A DNA stretch of 64,000 bases, from NCBI GenBank assembly GCA_010093815.1, contig ML996575.1. The stretch is one strand, 5' to 3'. The notes beneath the pieces were generated by a model. That model was not told the DNA's origin. It was given only the letters and a program-made list of their open reading frames with translations, and did not search any database. Of this stretch, positions 10,840 through 23,850 are shown piece by piece. The DNA comes from Pseudovirgaria hyperparasitica (Eukaryota). Position 1 is the first letter of the stretch; each line of letters begins with the position of its first letter. A program made the translations under genes and the position numbers.

Positions 10840-11969
10840 TTATATCTTGGAAGCTTGCTTAAGGATGTCCTTCGTGAGCTCATCTCCAGACTTCCTTTCC
10901 TCAGCGAATCTACCTAATTTGATCAATCGGCCTATCATTTCCTCATCGCCGAAGCGCGAATTATGTTCAAATTGCGGTTCCTGTGCGTATGCGACCCGAG
11001 CACAATCCACCAGTATGCGTGCAGTCATTCCGAACACTCTGAAACGTGCAGGAGGATCTGACGAGAGATACGTCTTCTCGTTCTTGGGAAGAGTGACCGA
11101 TTTTGGGTTCACTGGCACAAAGAAGCTATGCATGCGCCAGCGACTCTCATGCCAGTCCGTCCAAGTTCCTCGATACCAATCTGCTGGGAAACCTGCGGCT
11201 TCAGCTCCAGGCCTGGAATCTACATCATCACCTTGAGTTTGAGCCGAGGAGTTACTGTGATTACTACTCGCATGCAAGAAGTGCTGGAACGGAGCAGTAA
11301 AAACTGCAGCGACTTCTTTTGCATCTAATCGTGGTATCAGCGTCTCCTCGATACGTTTCGACGCGTCAACCGTTTGGCTCCGTGGTGCGTCCGCCTCTGC
11401 TCTTGTGGGCGACAGATATGCTACACACGGTCTGACGCCCAACTCGGTCTTTGCAAGGTTTGCTGGAAGCTGGCACAAGTGTTCTACACGAAACGGATAT
11501 GGCAGTTTGCTGTCCGTGAGCGGTAACCCGATTTCTTCGTATGCTTCGCGTCTAGCGGTTTGAAACGGCGTCTCTGACAAGGAATCGGCTTTTCCTGTGC
11601 AGTCTTCTGTCAGCGTTATCTCAACCAGTCTAAGGTTACAATGCACCTCCCGGTAGCGCCGCATGTCCGGCATCTACATTCTATCAGTCAGATTCATTTC
11701 CATAGCATATATCCGTACACGAAGAGAGCGTCTTGGATCTCATCGTTAGGACCACTTTGAGATCGCCATGGGGATCTGCAAATAACAGGATGAGTACAGC
11801 AGCCCTTCGTGAGAGAGGCGTGTTATAGTATTGTGTCGGTGGCGGAACGTAAGCTCGCAGGCGCGCGAGTGCTTGCTTATGCCGCTGTCAGAGACAAGTC
11901 CGGTGCAACTTGAAGCCCGACGGTAGTGGCATGAATACATACCGTAGATGCAGGTGAGAGACTTGCCAT
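10840..11969 (-). CDS. PCD1: Nudix hydrolase, peroxisomal CoA diphosphatase (PCD1/NUDT7-like), spliced
   Basis: RRAAVLILLFAD, HAALPGG|KAD....TPFQTARREAYEEIGL Nudix box, EVAAVF, VFGMTARILVD. Confidence 0.85.
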
Positions 11970-12428
11970 AGCGAGAGACACGGTTGCTGCAAGCCATAAC
12001 TGAGAACTGAATACTCGTGGACGGCGGAGGTAACGAGAGGTGACGTAGCGGTTAATTAGTGTATCCATTCAATGGATGCCTCGGCCTTCCAAGACCATTC
12101 GGGATGGATGCTTTACGCCATAAATAATCGGTTCACGCATTCGCACAGTTCGTTATCCGGACATCTACTCTGAAATTTCTCATTCTTGTTTAAGAAATTA
12201 TGAAGACCTTTGTCTCTGCACCGACGCGAAACTCATGCCTAGATAGTTCAATGAATGTCTTGTAATGGTAATTATATATGGAACATGCAGGTGCAGATCC
12301 ATATTCACCACCCCTGTCCGATAATGCCCGTTAGCCACTGGAGAACCTTAGGACGCCTGCAAAAGAAATCTTTTATTTGCCAGCGTTTAAAGGTTGTGAT
12401 ACTACCAAGAATTACAAAAGTCCACAAG

Positions 12429-13743
12429 TCAATCCTTGCTGAATTTTCTTTTGAACCAACTTTTCCTCTTGTCGCCTGACGACTCTCTTCTAGACAGCGT
12501 CCGTGGCCTCGATTCGTTGTTACGCACGGCCTCTCCAGTCGTACTAGGACTAATTCCGAGCGGAATATGGCTTTTCCCAGAAGAATTTTTTGGTGGAACT
12601 GTAGGTGCAAGAGCATTTGGATAGTTAGGCGGAGAGTAGGTACCTGTTGGTGCCATGTGTAAACACGAGTAATTGGCATCAGGGCCATATTCTTCCATGA
12701 TAGGAGCACTACCAAACCCAGTAAATGCATATTGATCAGCAGCATCTGCCCTGTTAACGGGTATGTTCCTTTCAATCGAACTATTCTCACTGCTTGGATC
12801 AGTGGTATTTGTCCACGGCTCACTGCCACTCCCAGAAACACCTGTGTTGACGGTATCGCGAGATTGTTGGTAGCCTGCATTGGGATACACCGGAGCACCG
12901 TTGTTATAACGACCGGCTTGTGGATCCGACATCATTCGCTGGTTATATCGGTTTCGTGAGGGACCAGCTACGGGAGGTGCATAAGTTTGATCATTGTAGT
13001 TTTCTCGAGCACCACCATTGCCATTACCGTAACAGCCTCCTATGTTCGAGTGACGGGTCTGCGTTCGCTCATTATTGCCTGTTCGGTTACTTAGCGTACG
13101 GGATCTGAATTTAAGACTGAGCAAGTACCGGCAAAATAACTGCTCCTGCGGCTTTGGTATGTACTGGCCGCATCAGGCGCTGTATCTGGAGGAACAATCA
13201 GACTGAATCGTGAGCTATGTGGGTGGATCTGTTTGTATACCGGCTCTCAGCAAAGTCCGTCTCTTGTATTCGGTATCGATTGCCGCTTCGAAGGACTTTA
13301 TTGTATCGAGGGGACGTTCCCAACGTGGTCTTGTTGGATTCGAAAGGTCCGGTTCAGCTACAACGAACAGAGCAAAGGTCTTAGAAAGATTGCGCATGAT
13401 TTACATTATGCGATACTTACCGATCGGATTACCAAATGTATCAAGGTGGGAGAACGATCGCAGAGGCGCTAAAGTCGATTTCTCTAGAGCTGCAGCTACT
13501 GCAAGTGCTGTCAGTACATAGGTCATACTTGGCTTTGGGTGACATACTAGGTTGCGCTTCATTCATTGCCGCATTGGGGTCTGCTTTGCCGGTCGGAGTG
13601 AAATGGCTTTTTCGTTTCTCCTCAGCAGTCTCTTTGATGGTCTTAGTGCTGGTCGAGCCCTGCGACTTGTGGCTCTTTTCACTCTTGAAGCTGAAGGTAG
13701 ACTTGGATCGGGGATGTTGCGGGGGGCGATCCATGCTGGACAT
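12429..13743 (-). CDS. Conserved fungal DUF2406-type protein, multi-exon
   Basis: KADPNAAMNEAQP and EPDLSNPTRPRWERPLDTIKSFEAAID motifs; C-terminal KRKSWFKRKF; canonical splice sites link the ORF pieces. Confidence 0.75.
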
Positions 13744-15135
13744 ATTGGCAGAAAGTTATAATTATAAATAATGAAGTAAGCGGTGATTCCGTGTGTGGGA
13801 TCGGAAGTATGTAAGGTATATGCGCTCGAAAAGTGAGCGTGTGAGATCCGAAGCGTTCGATCAGAGGTTGGTAACGATGGACCTGGAAGGTTGGTATACA
13901 GCAGGCCAGGTTGCGCCAGAAGATTCGTAGTGTAGTAGCGAGCGTAATGATGAGCCTAAACAAAAGGCAGGGTAACTTTTTCAAAAATATGGCAAATATA
14001 TGCGCATTCAGTTGCAGTTGGCAGGGTGAAAGAAAGACCGTGGTATCTATGGTGAGAAATATGTGTTAGGCGACGCCTGCAAGTAAATGGTCCTCAGGCC
14101 AGGTTGGTGGGAGGTGGAGACCTATGATTGCGCATACACACTACAAATGGATGCGCGCCATCTGTGCCGAATAATAGGTATCTACCTGGCAGATCTATTC
14201 ACTCGCAACCATTACATATTGTTATCGCCACTCCTTTACATTTAACACAGGACCGGATGCTAGCTACTGATGGGCTACTGAGCGACAAGAAAAAAATGCA
14301 ACAGCCATTAGCGGTTTCATGATGGGAGACAACACCCATGAGCTTCCGAGCGTTGCAACATCTTACATGGTGATAGCCCAGTCCCAGTGATGACGACGAC
14401 GGTTCACAGCGCATCATCAATACACATCTATCGATAATAGCTGCATGCAAAAGTGGAGCCCTCATTGCACAGCCCGACAGCCCCAGGCCAGTCCCGCCCA
14501 ATTTTCCTTTATGTACATAGTAAATACCCGGCTGCCCGTCCTGCACTCGATAATGCATGAAACCATGCCTCTTGTGCTCTAGCTAATTCTCTGCCACTGC
14601 CCTCGCATTGCCAGCAAATGGACGAGTGTACTGTACCTTAAGTCCCTCCACCCATGAGCATGCGCATTGCCAAGAAAATGTTTCAAGACAGGTCAGACTG
14701 GTAATACTGCTGCTCCGTACCCAGAACCTCGATACTCCTCCTATCATCCGATGCTTGATCGAGACGTCTTGTACTTACTATTCTCCACATCAAAAGCCTT
14801 TGCCACGAGAGGCCTTCGTCACAATGTCTAAATTCTCAACCATTAGCGATCCAATACGATTGTTACTTTGTTGCTTACCCATTCTACTGCCACACGTTGG
14901 TACAATATCGTGTGAACATAGCCAGCGTGCTTAGCATGCCCGTCGTAATTGTTGCCACCTGTGTGCACGGATCACTTTGGGTGGGGGCGGCACCGCCCGG
15001 CCAGTCCACTAGCACGAAATCATCTCGACTTCAGCTCACCGTCTAGTATTTAGTGCTTTCTGTACGATCTCCTTCACGCCCTCACCTTTCCTGTACGATA
15101 CTACGAACAATTGAATTTTTATCACATTCACTGAT

Positions 15136-16634
15136 ATGGGTTTCTTCAAGAAGAAGAACAAAGGTGAAGGCAAGAACAGCCCAGTGCCTGAAACCAATCC
15201 TTACGCCCAGGACAACTCTTCGAAACCAGACGCGTACCAAAGTGCTTCTACCAATGGTTATGGAAATTTAGGCTCTGCTCCTCCTCCGCCATATACTCAC
15301 AACAATTCTGTCAATGATGGTGGTTTTAGAACTCGAGACAATCAAGACTATGACTCTTCACAGGCTCGGGATGAAAAATCACCTGTGCCTCAAGGTGGCT
15401 ACGGAGGCACTCAGTATGGTGGTAATTCTGCTTATGGCGGTGGTAGATATGGCGGAGGACATTCTTACGGAGACTATCCCGGTAGGAAATGACTATCATG
15501 GAAACAAAGCAGAATGACTGACCCCCTAGCCGGTACCAATTCGTATGATACGACATCCAGACTTGCTCGTCGTGCAGGTTATGGTGGTTTAGGTGGAGCG
15601 GATATTCGAGATGACCCCAATAGAGAAGCCTTATTCGGGAAAGCACCGCAACGAGACCATTCCGCCAATCCCTATGCCTCATCAAGTAACATGCTCGCAG
15701 GACCGACGGGTCATGCTGCGAGCGGTGTTGGGCGGAGCGAGCTATTTGGGAATGCAGCAGATCGTGTCCAGCGAAGACAAGATGACCTCGGAACTGGCCA
15801 TCGAGAATACGAAGACAACTATGATGGTCTTACTGAAGAGCAAAAAGAGGCTCGAGATGTGAAGAGAATTCGTCAAGAAGCAAACGCATGGCGTGGTGAA
15901 TCTGCACAATCTGTAAAAAGGGCAGTAGCAACGACAGATTCGATTAAAGAAATGGCTGCAGCGACTCGAAAGAAAATTTATGACCAGGGCGAGAGCTTGA
16001 ATAAGTCCGAGAAAATAATGCATGCTGCAAAATACCAGGTGGAGCAAGCAGGGAACGGTATACACAGACTAGGCAAATTGCAGAGTGTGTTTTCAATAGA
16101 CCCTGCTACAAAAGATATATCTGCGAAGCAGGTGTTACACATGGAAGGACATGCAAGTGCGTCTCATACTTCTCGCAACACTATGCTAATTAATCCTTGT
16201 AGGAAAAACACCAAGCTGAGAAACGCGCCATGAACGAGCACCAACATCAGCAAACCCAATTGAAGAACTCTCAGCCTCCCAAACAAGATACCGTATCCCA
16301 TGCTCCCAAAAGAACACCCGATCCGAAGTATTTCGTCCCCGATGAAGACGATTCAGATGCAGAGAGACAGATGGCTTTTGAAGAAGGTAAGCGCCTATAA
16401 TTTTACACAAATGCAGCTGGAGATGATCTAAATACAAGGCTGACCTTTGTTCTAGACATTGACAATGGTCTCGAGCACATGCGGCGGGGTGTTGCAGACA
16501 TCAAGTTTTTAGGGACCGACATGGGTAGAGAGATTGCGCGACAGAACGAGCATATCGGCAAGATCGACGAAGGTGCACACAAACTCAATTCAAACATTGA
16601 GTTGCAGCGCCATAAATTGGACAGTTTCCGATAA
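15136..16634 (+). CDS. SEC9: Sec9/SNAP-25-like Qbc t-SNARE (4 exons), divergent SNARE helices
   Basis: NPYA and REALFG/RSELFG N-terminal motifs; Qb helix with IYDQGE; after splicing a Qc helix DIDNGLEHM...MGREIARQNEHIGKIDE ending in TAA at 16632-16634; introns begin ~15482, ~16132, ~16387. Confidence 0.82.
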
Positions 16635-17109
16635 TAAGCACATGCTACACGTAGGATTCTTTAGCGATGACGAAGTTGATGCTGCATGTCACTGTCCAAG
16701 AGGAGGATATCTGAACACTGTAGTGAAGGGTCATACATAGGCTGTATGCTTCTACCGTCCAGCAGAGACTTCAGAGTAGTTCACATAGCTCGCCGACGTT
16801 CTTTAGGTCCATACTCAGTCAATAACAACACACACTTAAGATTACACTTCCCATCGAAGGCTCGTTCCTGTGGCCTTGTCTTTGTAGTTGGATTATTCGG
16901 TGATCTGTTTCACCACCTCTGAAAGGAAATGTTTACGAATCTGGCCACGTCGACTTAAGCTATAAGTCGGTCCTTTTCTACAGGGTACTAAGTACTATTT
17001 ATTCACTGTTCACGGGCTGTCGCCATTATGTCTTTCCCTATAAGTTAGTAGCTCGTCACTGTGCGGTCTTTCGTAACTTATATTTCCTATCATACTTATA
17101 CTATAGACC

Positions 17110-18520
17110 TACTGCAAGAGGTCAGCTTCCCGATAATAATTAGCTTAATATTCCCATTATATGTACACTATATCTTCATTAGTAGGCTTAGATAAAAGAA
17201 CTAATAGCTCTAGAATTATATTCTATATCAGCCAGCCTAAGCATCTTAAGTCCATCTCTATATCTTATCTACAATCCTATTATTTTCTGATCCATGTTTG
17301 ATGTGTGGAAGTCATACTGACTTACCGCTTTATATACCAATACTACTTATAAGATGTTATAAACAATATTTGAATGCGTTCGCCGCTCGCATCTGTTCAT
17401 AAGAGCTTCGAAGCGTGGCGATGTTTTGACTGCAATGTAGGCTGTATCACTTTTGAGGAAAAGTTTCAGAAAATTGGCTGTAGTGTTAGTTATGAACAGT
17501 AGTTTTCTAGACTATGTCTCATGGACCGGCTGGGTCTGTAGAACCTACATTTCTCTCTTGTTGCTCGTGGATCTGTCTGTGTATGTCGCATTAAGAGTCA
17601 GGTCCATGGCATCCAACGCGGCCTAATCGATCCACAAGCATTAGTAGACTCAGTACTCTTATCACTTCACGTCAACCGTTGCTTCGATGATACAGACAGG
17701 GCTTTGGACACTTTCCATGCAGTGCGATTGGCATAATTTGAGTTATTTGACAGTAACGATTGACACGAATCGCGCTTTGCTTGCTAGGGTCGGTCCAAAC
17801 ATGACTCGGATACAGAATCTTTCGAAACAAAAGTTCATAAGCCCTTGATGCACTATCAATGATCAGAACGTCAATTTTACCTCGTTAAGTGAAACTTTAC
17901 GCTTTAACACTCTGAAAGATGTTGCACGTGGCGTACCACGGGAGATCCTACTAGCTGCAGCTGTCTCGCCTTCTTTGAGGTCTTCTCTGTCGGCCCCCAT
18001 GGCCATGGCGTGCACCGAGCCAGACCTCCAGGAATGGTATAGTCTCGTACGGATGATATCGACGAATAGACAATAGAAAAGGCGTTAGAGGGTCGTGAGA
18101 TTAGGCGTATAGATGCAACGTCGAAGCGAGGTTGAAATCTTGGTGTCCCTTAACCATACCCTTAATTGGGATAGCGTGGCTGGAAACTAATGCAGTCTCT
18201 GCCGAGGAAATATGCCTGCAAGTGTCAATGAGATGGAATGTATACGAGGCTGTCATATACACTGCTGTTAATGGTGGGGGTTTACGTCCGAAAGATAGGT
18301 CTAGATTGACGACATCGTAGCTTGTAGAGACATCCGATCTTTCACAAGCGGCACAGGTATTAACAAGGCGGGACTTTTTTCCACACTGTCATTCAAGGAA
18401 GCTTGGAGTGGCTCTAGTATCTCGTTTCAGCGATTTCAGACAGCCTCGTCAGATACTGATTCGTCATGAACCCTGGGCTGAAGTTGTTTCGGTTCGTCGG
18501 TTGTGGTCCTGTACTAAATT
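17110..18520 (-). pseudogene. Decayed SF1 (Upf1/DNA2/NAM7-like) helicase relic
   Basis: Ordered motif remnants on the minus strand: LVQG(P) with frameshift ~18517, LQASLNDSVE 18408-18379, YATC, KIDVLIIDSASRAYE 17878-17834, IQILFITSYK* 17375-17343, IVDKI*RWT*D 17275-17243, KLIIIGK 17146-17126; many stops and frameshifts. Confidence 0.6.
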
Positions 18521-18845
18521 GCTAGGTCGGGAGCTTGCTTTCCGCAAACCATCATAAACGTCCAGTAGTCGAAATCGGGGCATTGATATCTGTTGTGGCT
18601 TTCCTGCAGCTACTGCATCCGTCTCCGGGCTTAATACTATAAATCACGGTAGGAATTACTCCCAACTTGTAAAGTCCCAGTGCACTCCTGGTCCATCATT
18701 TAAAACCCCATCTCGTTCCGAGTTTCCTTATCATCAATATTGTCTTTCAGCTATTCCAAGGCGATCTTCGTATCCCGTTTGACCGAGTAACATGGTTTCG
18801 TCTCTCACAAAGACTAGGAACAGGCTTTCTGGTATCTTCAGTAAG

Positions 18846-20153
18846 ATGGGTGGTGGACCAAAAGAAACGCTACTCGTAGCGATCGAATTCCCGGAAAGCA
18901 AAGAGTTAGTGGACAGGATGAGAAAGAAATTTCCATATGTGGACATCGTCTGGTATCAGCATGATCCCAAAAAAGGGCCAGTTCCAGAGCGTAAGTTTGG
19001 CGTGCGTCCTGTGTCAGACTTGGTCATGCCAGCAACTCCGTTGAGCATTTTCAAACAAAGTGCTAAACTCATGATTTTTCAGATCTGTTCCGCTCCGTAA
19101 CTATATTAGTCACTATGTTCAGCCTTCCGTCAAAGCTGTCACTGGTGCCGGAACTGCGCTATGTACACTTCTTCAGTGCCGGGATCAATCACATCTACGA
19201 ACATCCTCTCTACAAAGATTCGAAGATTCCCCTGACGACCTCAAATGGCGTTCATGGGCCTCAGATCGCAGAGTGGGTCGTTATGACGGCGTTATGCCAG
19301 AATCATTCTTACAACCACTGGCACGCACTTCAGCAGCAGAAGAAATGGGGCAATTTCAGAGACGTGAAAGTTCGGGACTGGGCTGGTCAGAAAGTCGGTA
19401 TTCTTGGTTATGGTAGCATCGGCCGTCAGGGTAAGCCATTCGAACTTTTTCATTTCCAGGTTCAGACTGTTGTACAGTACCAGTCGAACTATCCATGATA
19501 TCCTCTATGTCTGAGCTACGTTCTAATTTTACCCACCATCACGAATTCAAGACAAGGTACAGGACTAACGAAAGCTCACAGTCGGCCGTGCTTTTGCTGC
19601 TCTGGGTATGACCATCTATGCATATACCGCCTCTCCACGCCCAACACCATCGTCACGTGTTGACAACGGTTATATTGTACCTAACACCGGCGATCCGGAT
19701 GGCAGTATACCAACCGCCTGGTACTCCGGCACCTCAAAAGCCTCCCTGCACGACTTCCTCTCGCAAAAATTCGACATAATAGTCCTGACGCTCCCGCTAA
19801 CTCCCTCAACAACGCACCTCCTCGGCACCGAGGAATTTGCTATTCTCGCATCCCAACCCCATCCACCTCTCCTGAGTAACATCTCGCGAGGACAAATTGT
19901 TGACCAGGCAGCAATGGTGAAGGCTCTACATGATGGTGGACTACGAGGTGCATGTTTAGATGTTACAGATCCAGAACCATTGCCGGAAGACAGTGAGTTA
20001 TGGACGGCAAAAAATGTCATTATCACGCCGCATGTTAGTGGTGGAAGCGAGAAGTATCTGGAGAGAACGTGGGATATACTGGAGATGAACGTGGGCCGGC
20101 TGATGGAGGGAAAGAAGTTGATCAATCAGGTAGATCGCCGAAGAGGCTACTGA
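18846..20153 (+). CDS. D-isomer-specific 2-hydroxyacid dehydrogenase (3 exons; alternative start 18792)
   Basis: SAGINH, GILGYGSIGRQ Rossmann motif, LPLT, NISRG, LDVTDPEPLP, TPHVSG. Confidence 0.9.
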
Positions 20154-20485
20154 AGAGAAGAAAAAGGCCAGAGAGAAAACCAAGGTGAGCCCACATGAGG
20201 GGCGGAACAGTGCTCGATAAGAGCGATGACTTTGCGTACCAGACTTCATTTATGATGCGACACGCTTGTGAGCATGTATTCATGACATAGGAGCATAAAC
20301 TGCTATAGATGCTGTACTGGCGATGCCAACCAGCTGATCAGATTCTAGATGCCATAAGTTCAACCCTTGCACCACTAAAATAGGGCCCAGGAGGTTTTAC
20401 ACCGAATGAACGAGTCTTCACTCCTATCTACCACATAGTAGTCTCTCTTCACGATAAAGCTCGTTTACTCCAGACTTGAGCCTCC

Positions 20486-21963
20486 TCACAACTGACTGTC
20501 CATGCTTTCCCTTCTCAGCAACCTCTCAGCCTCCACTCGCCCGTCAAAGCTATACAGCCATCCCTGAAATCCTGGATCCTGCAATGCATTCGGGAACCCA
20601 CACGTCTCCCTCCCCGTGACTCCGACGCCCCCTTCACGCCTATACGTTCTATCTCTGTCCTCCTGCTCCTTTCCATCCGGCAACGTCCATATGGCTCCCA
20701 TCTTATCCGTCATCCTCCCAACGAACCTCGTGCGCGGACGTCGCTCTCTCTCGAACAAAGCCAGAGCACGACGCACTTCAACAACAGAGGAACTATAACC
20801 AAGCAAATTCGAAAGAAGCGAAGCATCCTCAAACCCCATTGCTGCACCAGACCCAAGAAACGGCTTCATCGCATGCGCCGCATCCCCGACCAACGCGACC
20901 GCCAACCTCTCCCCTTCCCTCGCCCGCGCCCATGATCTTGGCACCGACACATCAGCATGATAGTCCAACACAAGCCACTTCAAAAAGCCTGTCCCATGCT
21001 CGATCAATGTTCTAATGCGCGGATCCCACGGCGCGGAATACAATGCCAGCAACTCCGCTTTCGAAGCCGGTCTGGGGCCGCGGAATAGCGACTCGTGGAT
21101 GGCGGCTGCGTGTGGCGAAGCAGAGACGTCTGTGGTCAGGGCGAGGTAGAAGTCGTCTTTGAGCAGGTAGCCTGTGGCCATGGTGTGTGGGCCCTGCCAG
21201 ATATGGACAGATGGAGGGGAGATCAGGGAGGACATGCCGAGGGCGTGCATGTCCGATACAGACATCAGGACGCGAGTCACGATGAGGCCGCTCCAGCGTG
21301 GGGTGATGGGTTGGGTGTTGAGGAAGGTGCGGGTGCTGCTTGCTTGGCCGTCGGCGGCGAAGAGGAGGTCTGCAGTGTGGTATATTGTGTCGTTTGTGGG
21401 TGTAGTAGTGCATATTGAGCCAGTGGTAAAATTGGTACGAGAGATATCGACGTTGGCACCGAGGTGGATCTTGACGCCGGCAGATTGAGCAGCGGAGTAG
21501 AGGATCTTGCGCAGGTCGGCGCGGTGGATGACGAGGAAGGGGGAGCCGTATTGTTGCTCCATGTCTGGCTCGAGAGAAAGAGCAGCGAGAGGGTTGGGGT
21601 CTGCAACGCCATCATGGGTGTTGGATGGCTGTGCGCGGTAGGAGTGGGATACCCAGTAATGGGATGCGGATGATCTGCTTCTGACTGCTTCCAGAAGGCC
21701 GAGAGTGTGCAGGACACGGGTAGAGTTGGGTGGTAGAACGATACCGGCCCCTACCTATCAAAAATCATGAGTTGAGGTCTGCTGGAATAGATGCATATGA
21801 TATATACCTCTTTGAGCTCTACATCACTTTCGAATATCGTGACGTTGTATCCGAATTTTCGGAGGGAGATTGACAGAGCTAGGCCGACAAGTCCGGCTCC
21901 GATCACGGCAATTTGATATCCGGATTTGAATCTCTCTGGTGACTTTTCGCCAATGCCTTCCAT
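20486..21963 (-). CDS. FAD-dependent monooxygenase (salicylate-hydroxylase-like), one 5' intron
   Basis: IAVIGAGLVGL FAD motif, IHRADL, AADG..S..R, LVGDAAHAMKPFLGSGAAMGFEDA. Confidence 0.88.
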
Positions 21964-23850
21964 TGTCAAGTATCTTTTTGATGCACGTCAAACAGTCTTC
22001 TAGAGGTAGCCGAAGTTATTACATCTATGTGATCGCTTAGAGTTCAAAAAGTCAGATGGATGGTTACACGACTGAAGTATGCGCCTCACTCGCCGCGGAC
22101 ATTCCAATCTGGCGGGAATCGCTTGTGTACAGGGGCACCTAGCTTGCTATCGCAGGGGTCATGTGAAGTACTATGAAGGTTTGATCATTACGTGTTAGTT
22201 GAATACCAGAAGTTCAAGTGTCGGTATTCACATATTGTGCGAGGAGCATCATGGTATGTTTTCCATATGACTTGACCTGGAGGTCTCAATCTCGCTTCGA
22301 CGTAGTCTGTTTCCATTTCCTGATCCTCCATATGATGCTCGTATATGGTTGCGAATGCATCCGAACATCTGATTGGCTGCATTACATTCGGGCCTGTTGT
22401 GGTTACCCCTTCCACAAGCTCCCTTGCTGATCTACAATCGGAGAGCGCTGCATTTGACCGAGTGAGGTTGAGCCTGATCCCGGGCCGTTGCAGATGGTGT
22501 ATAAGACATACAGGTTTGTGGGCTTATTTGTGGTGTGACTGGTGTTATTCCGGCCATCTAATTGCGTTTGCTGGCTACCACAGAAGTTACGAAAGAGACA
22601 CAATGAAACCAGACGAAGAAAGAAACAGGACGAGCCGAGTGACCCTCAGATAAGAAACAGATCACAAAATTGCACAAACGTGACACTGACCATCACTGAG
22701 GTAAGGGGCGCGACATTTTGAAACCAGAATCGAGGCAAACCTAAGTTGTCTCCTTCTGAACATACATCGGCATGTCGGCATCGGCACTTGCAACGCCTTG
22801 CCCACGCCGTGAACTGTTATGGGCAATTTGATGCCAGTGCCATGGCCTTGGAAGTGGAGAGTCGGAGGCCGACGATGCGCCGTGCGTGTGTCGGTGTGAA
22901 TGAATGCAGAGGCATAGACTACACAACAACACGTCTGTAGTTCCGATGCGTGATGAAGATGAACATGATAGAAGATCACTATGGGAACGAACGTGCTTTT
23001 TATATATCTATGTGTGTGAAAAGCTTTGACGCTATACCCGATCCGTTCATTACCTAATCACACAAAAGTAACTGAATGCGAGCGAGCACCGAGTTATCAA
23101 TAGAATCAAGCATTGAAACACAAAGTATGTCTATGGGATTACGAAATCAAGTGTGTCTGGCGAACAAGGACTTCGAAGACTTCTGAGCGCGAATGTGCTA
23201 TCTCGAAGGTCCCACTTTCACCCTGGTTCCTGCTTATCGATAGATTGGTTTTGATCCATTGAAGGTTTCGACTCTGTAACCGCCTCGTACGTGGCTGAAT
23301 CTCTACCACACGCTACCCGAAGCATCATGACTCAATGAGCAGGAGCTCACGTCAATAATACCCTGCATGGGTATCTGGTGTGGTGATAGCTTGAGAGATA
23401 TCGTCGATCGAGCACACTTGCAAGACCATGCCTGGCTGAAAAATGATAGGCGCTAGATTTATTATTCCACACGTGGCTTTCAGTTCTTCAAAATGAATAG
23501 GACTATTGCCTCACGCTCTCGAGACGCAATCTGCAGAGTTTTGTTATTGCAGCTGAGGTCGAGATGTACAGAAGAGGCGTGGGTTAGAGGATCAATCAGT
23601 CAGAAGATTTTCTGGTAATGGTAAGGCTAGGTTGCCGACATCATATGCCTTTCGTTTCCGGAGACCATCTGCTGGCAGAATGAGTATTCCTACGTCTCCC
23701 CAAATGTATAGTTCGTCACAAACGGATGCGTTACGTCATAGTCACTTACTTCATCTCAACCTTATCCGGCGCATGAACCTTAAGCATTGAACAGCTTGTC
23801 AGTCCTGAAGCAAAATATCATAGGTAACCACTACAAAGCCTACGATCATA

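Noticed and set aside
18132..18420. Patatin remnant suggested by AVNGGGLRP on the plus strand
   Set aside because: No GxSxG or DGG in register; the minus-strand helicase motifs explain the region better
18792..21963. Secondary-metabolite cluster from the dehydrogenase and monooxygenase
   Set aside because: No PKS, NRPS, terpene synthase or adjacent transporter in the window
22188..23010. Possible minus-strand gene downstream of a TATATAAA box
   Set aside because: The splice combination I tried hit a stop codon and no domain was recognisable
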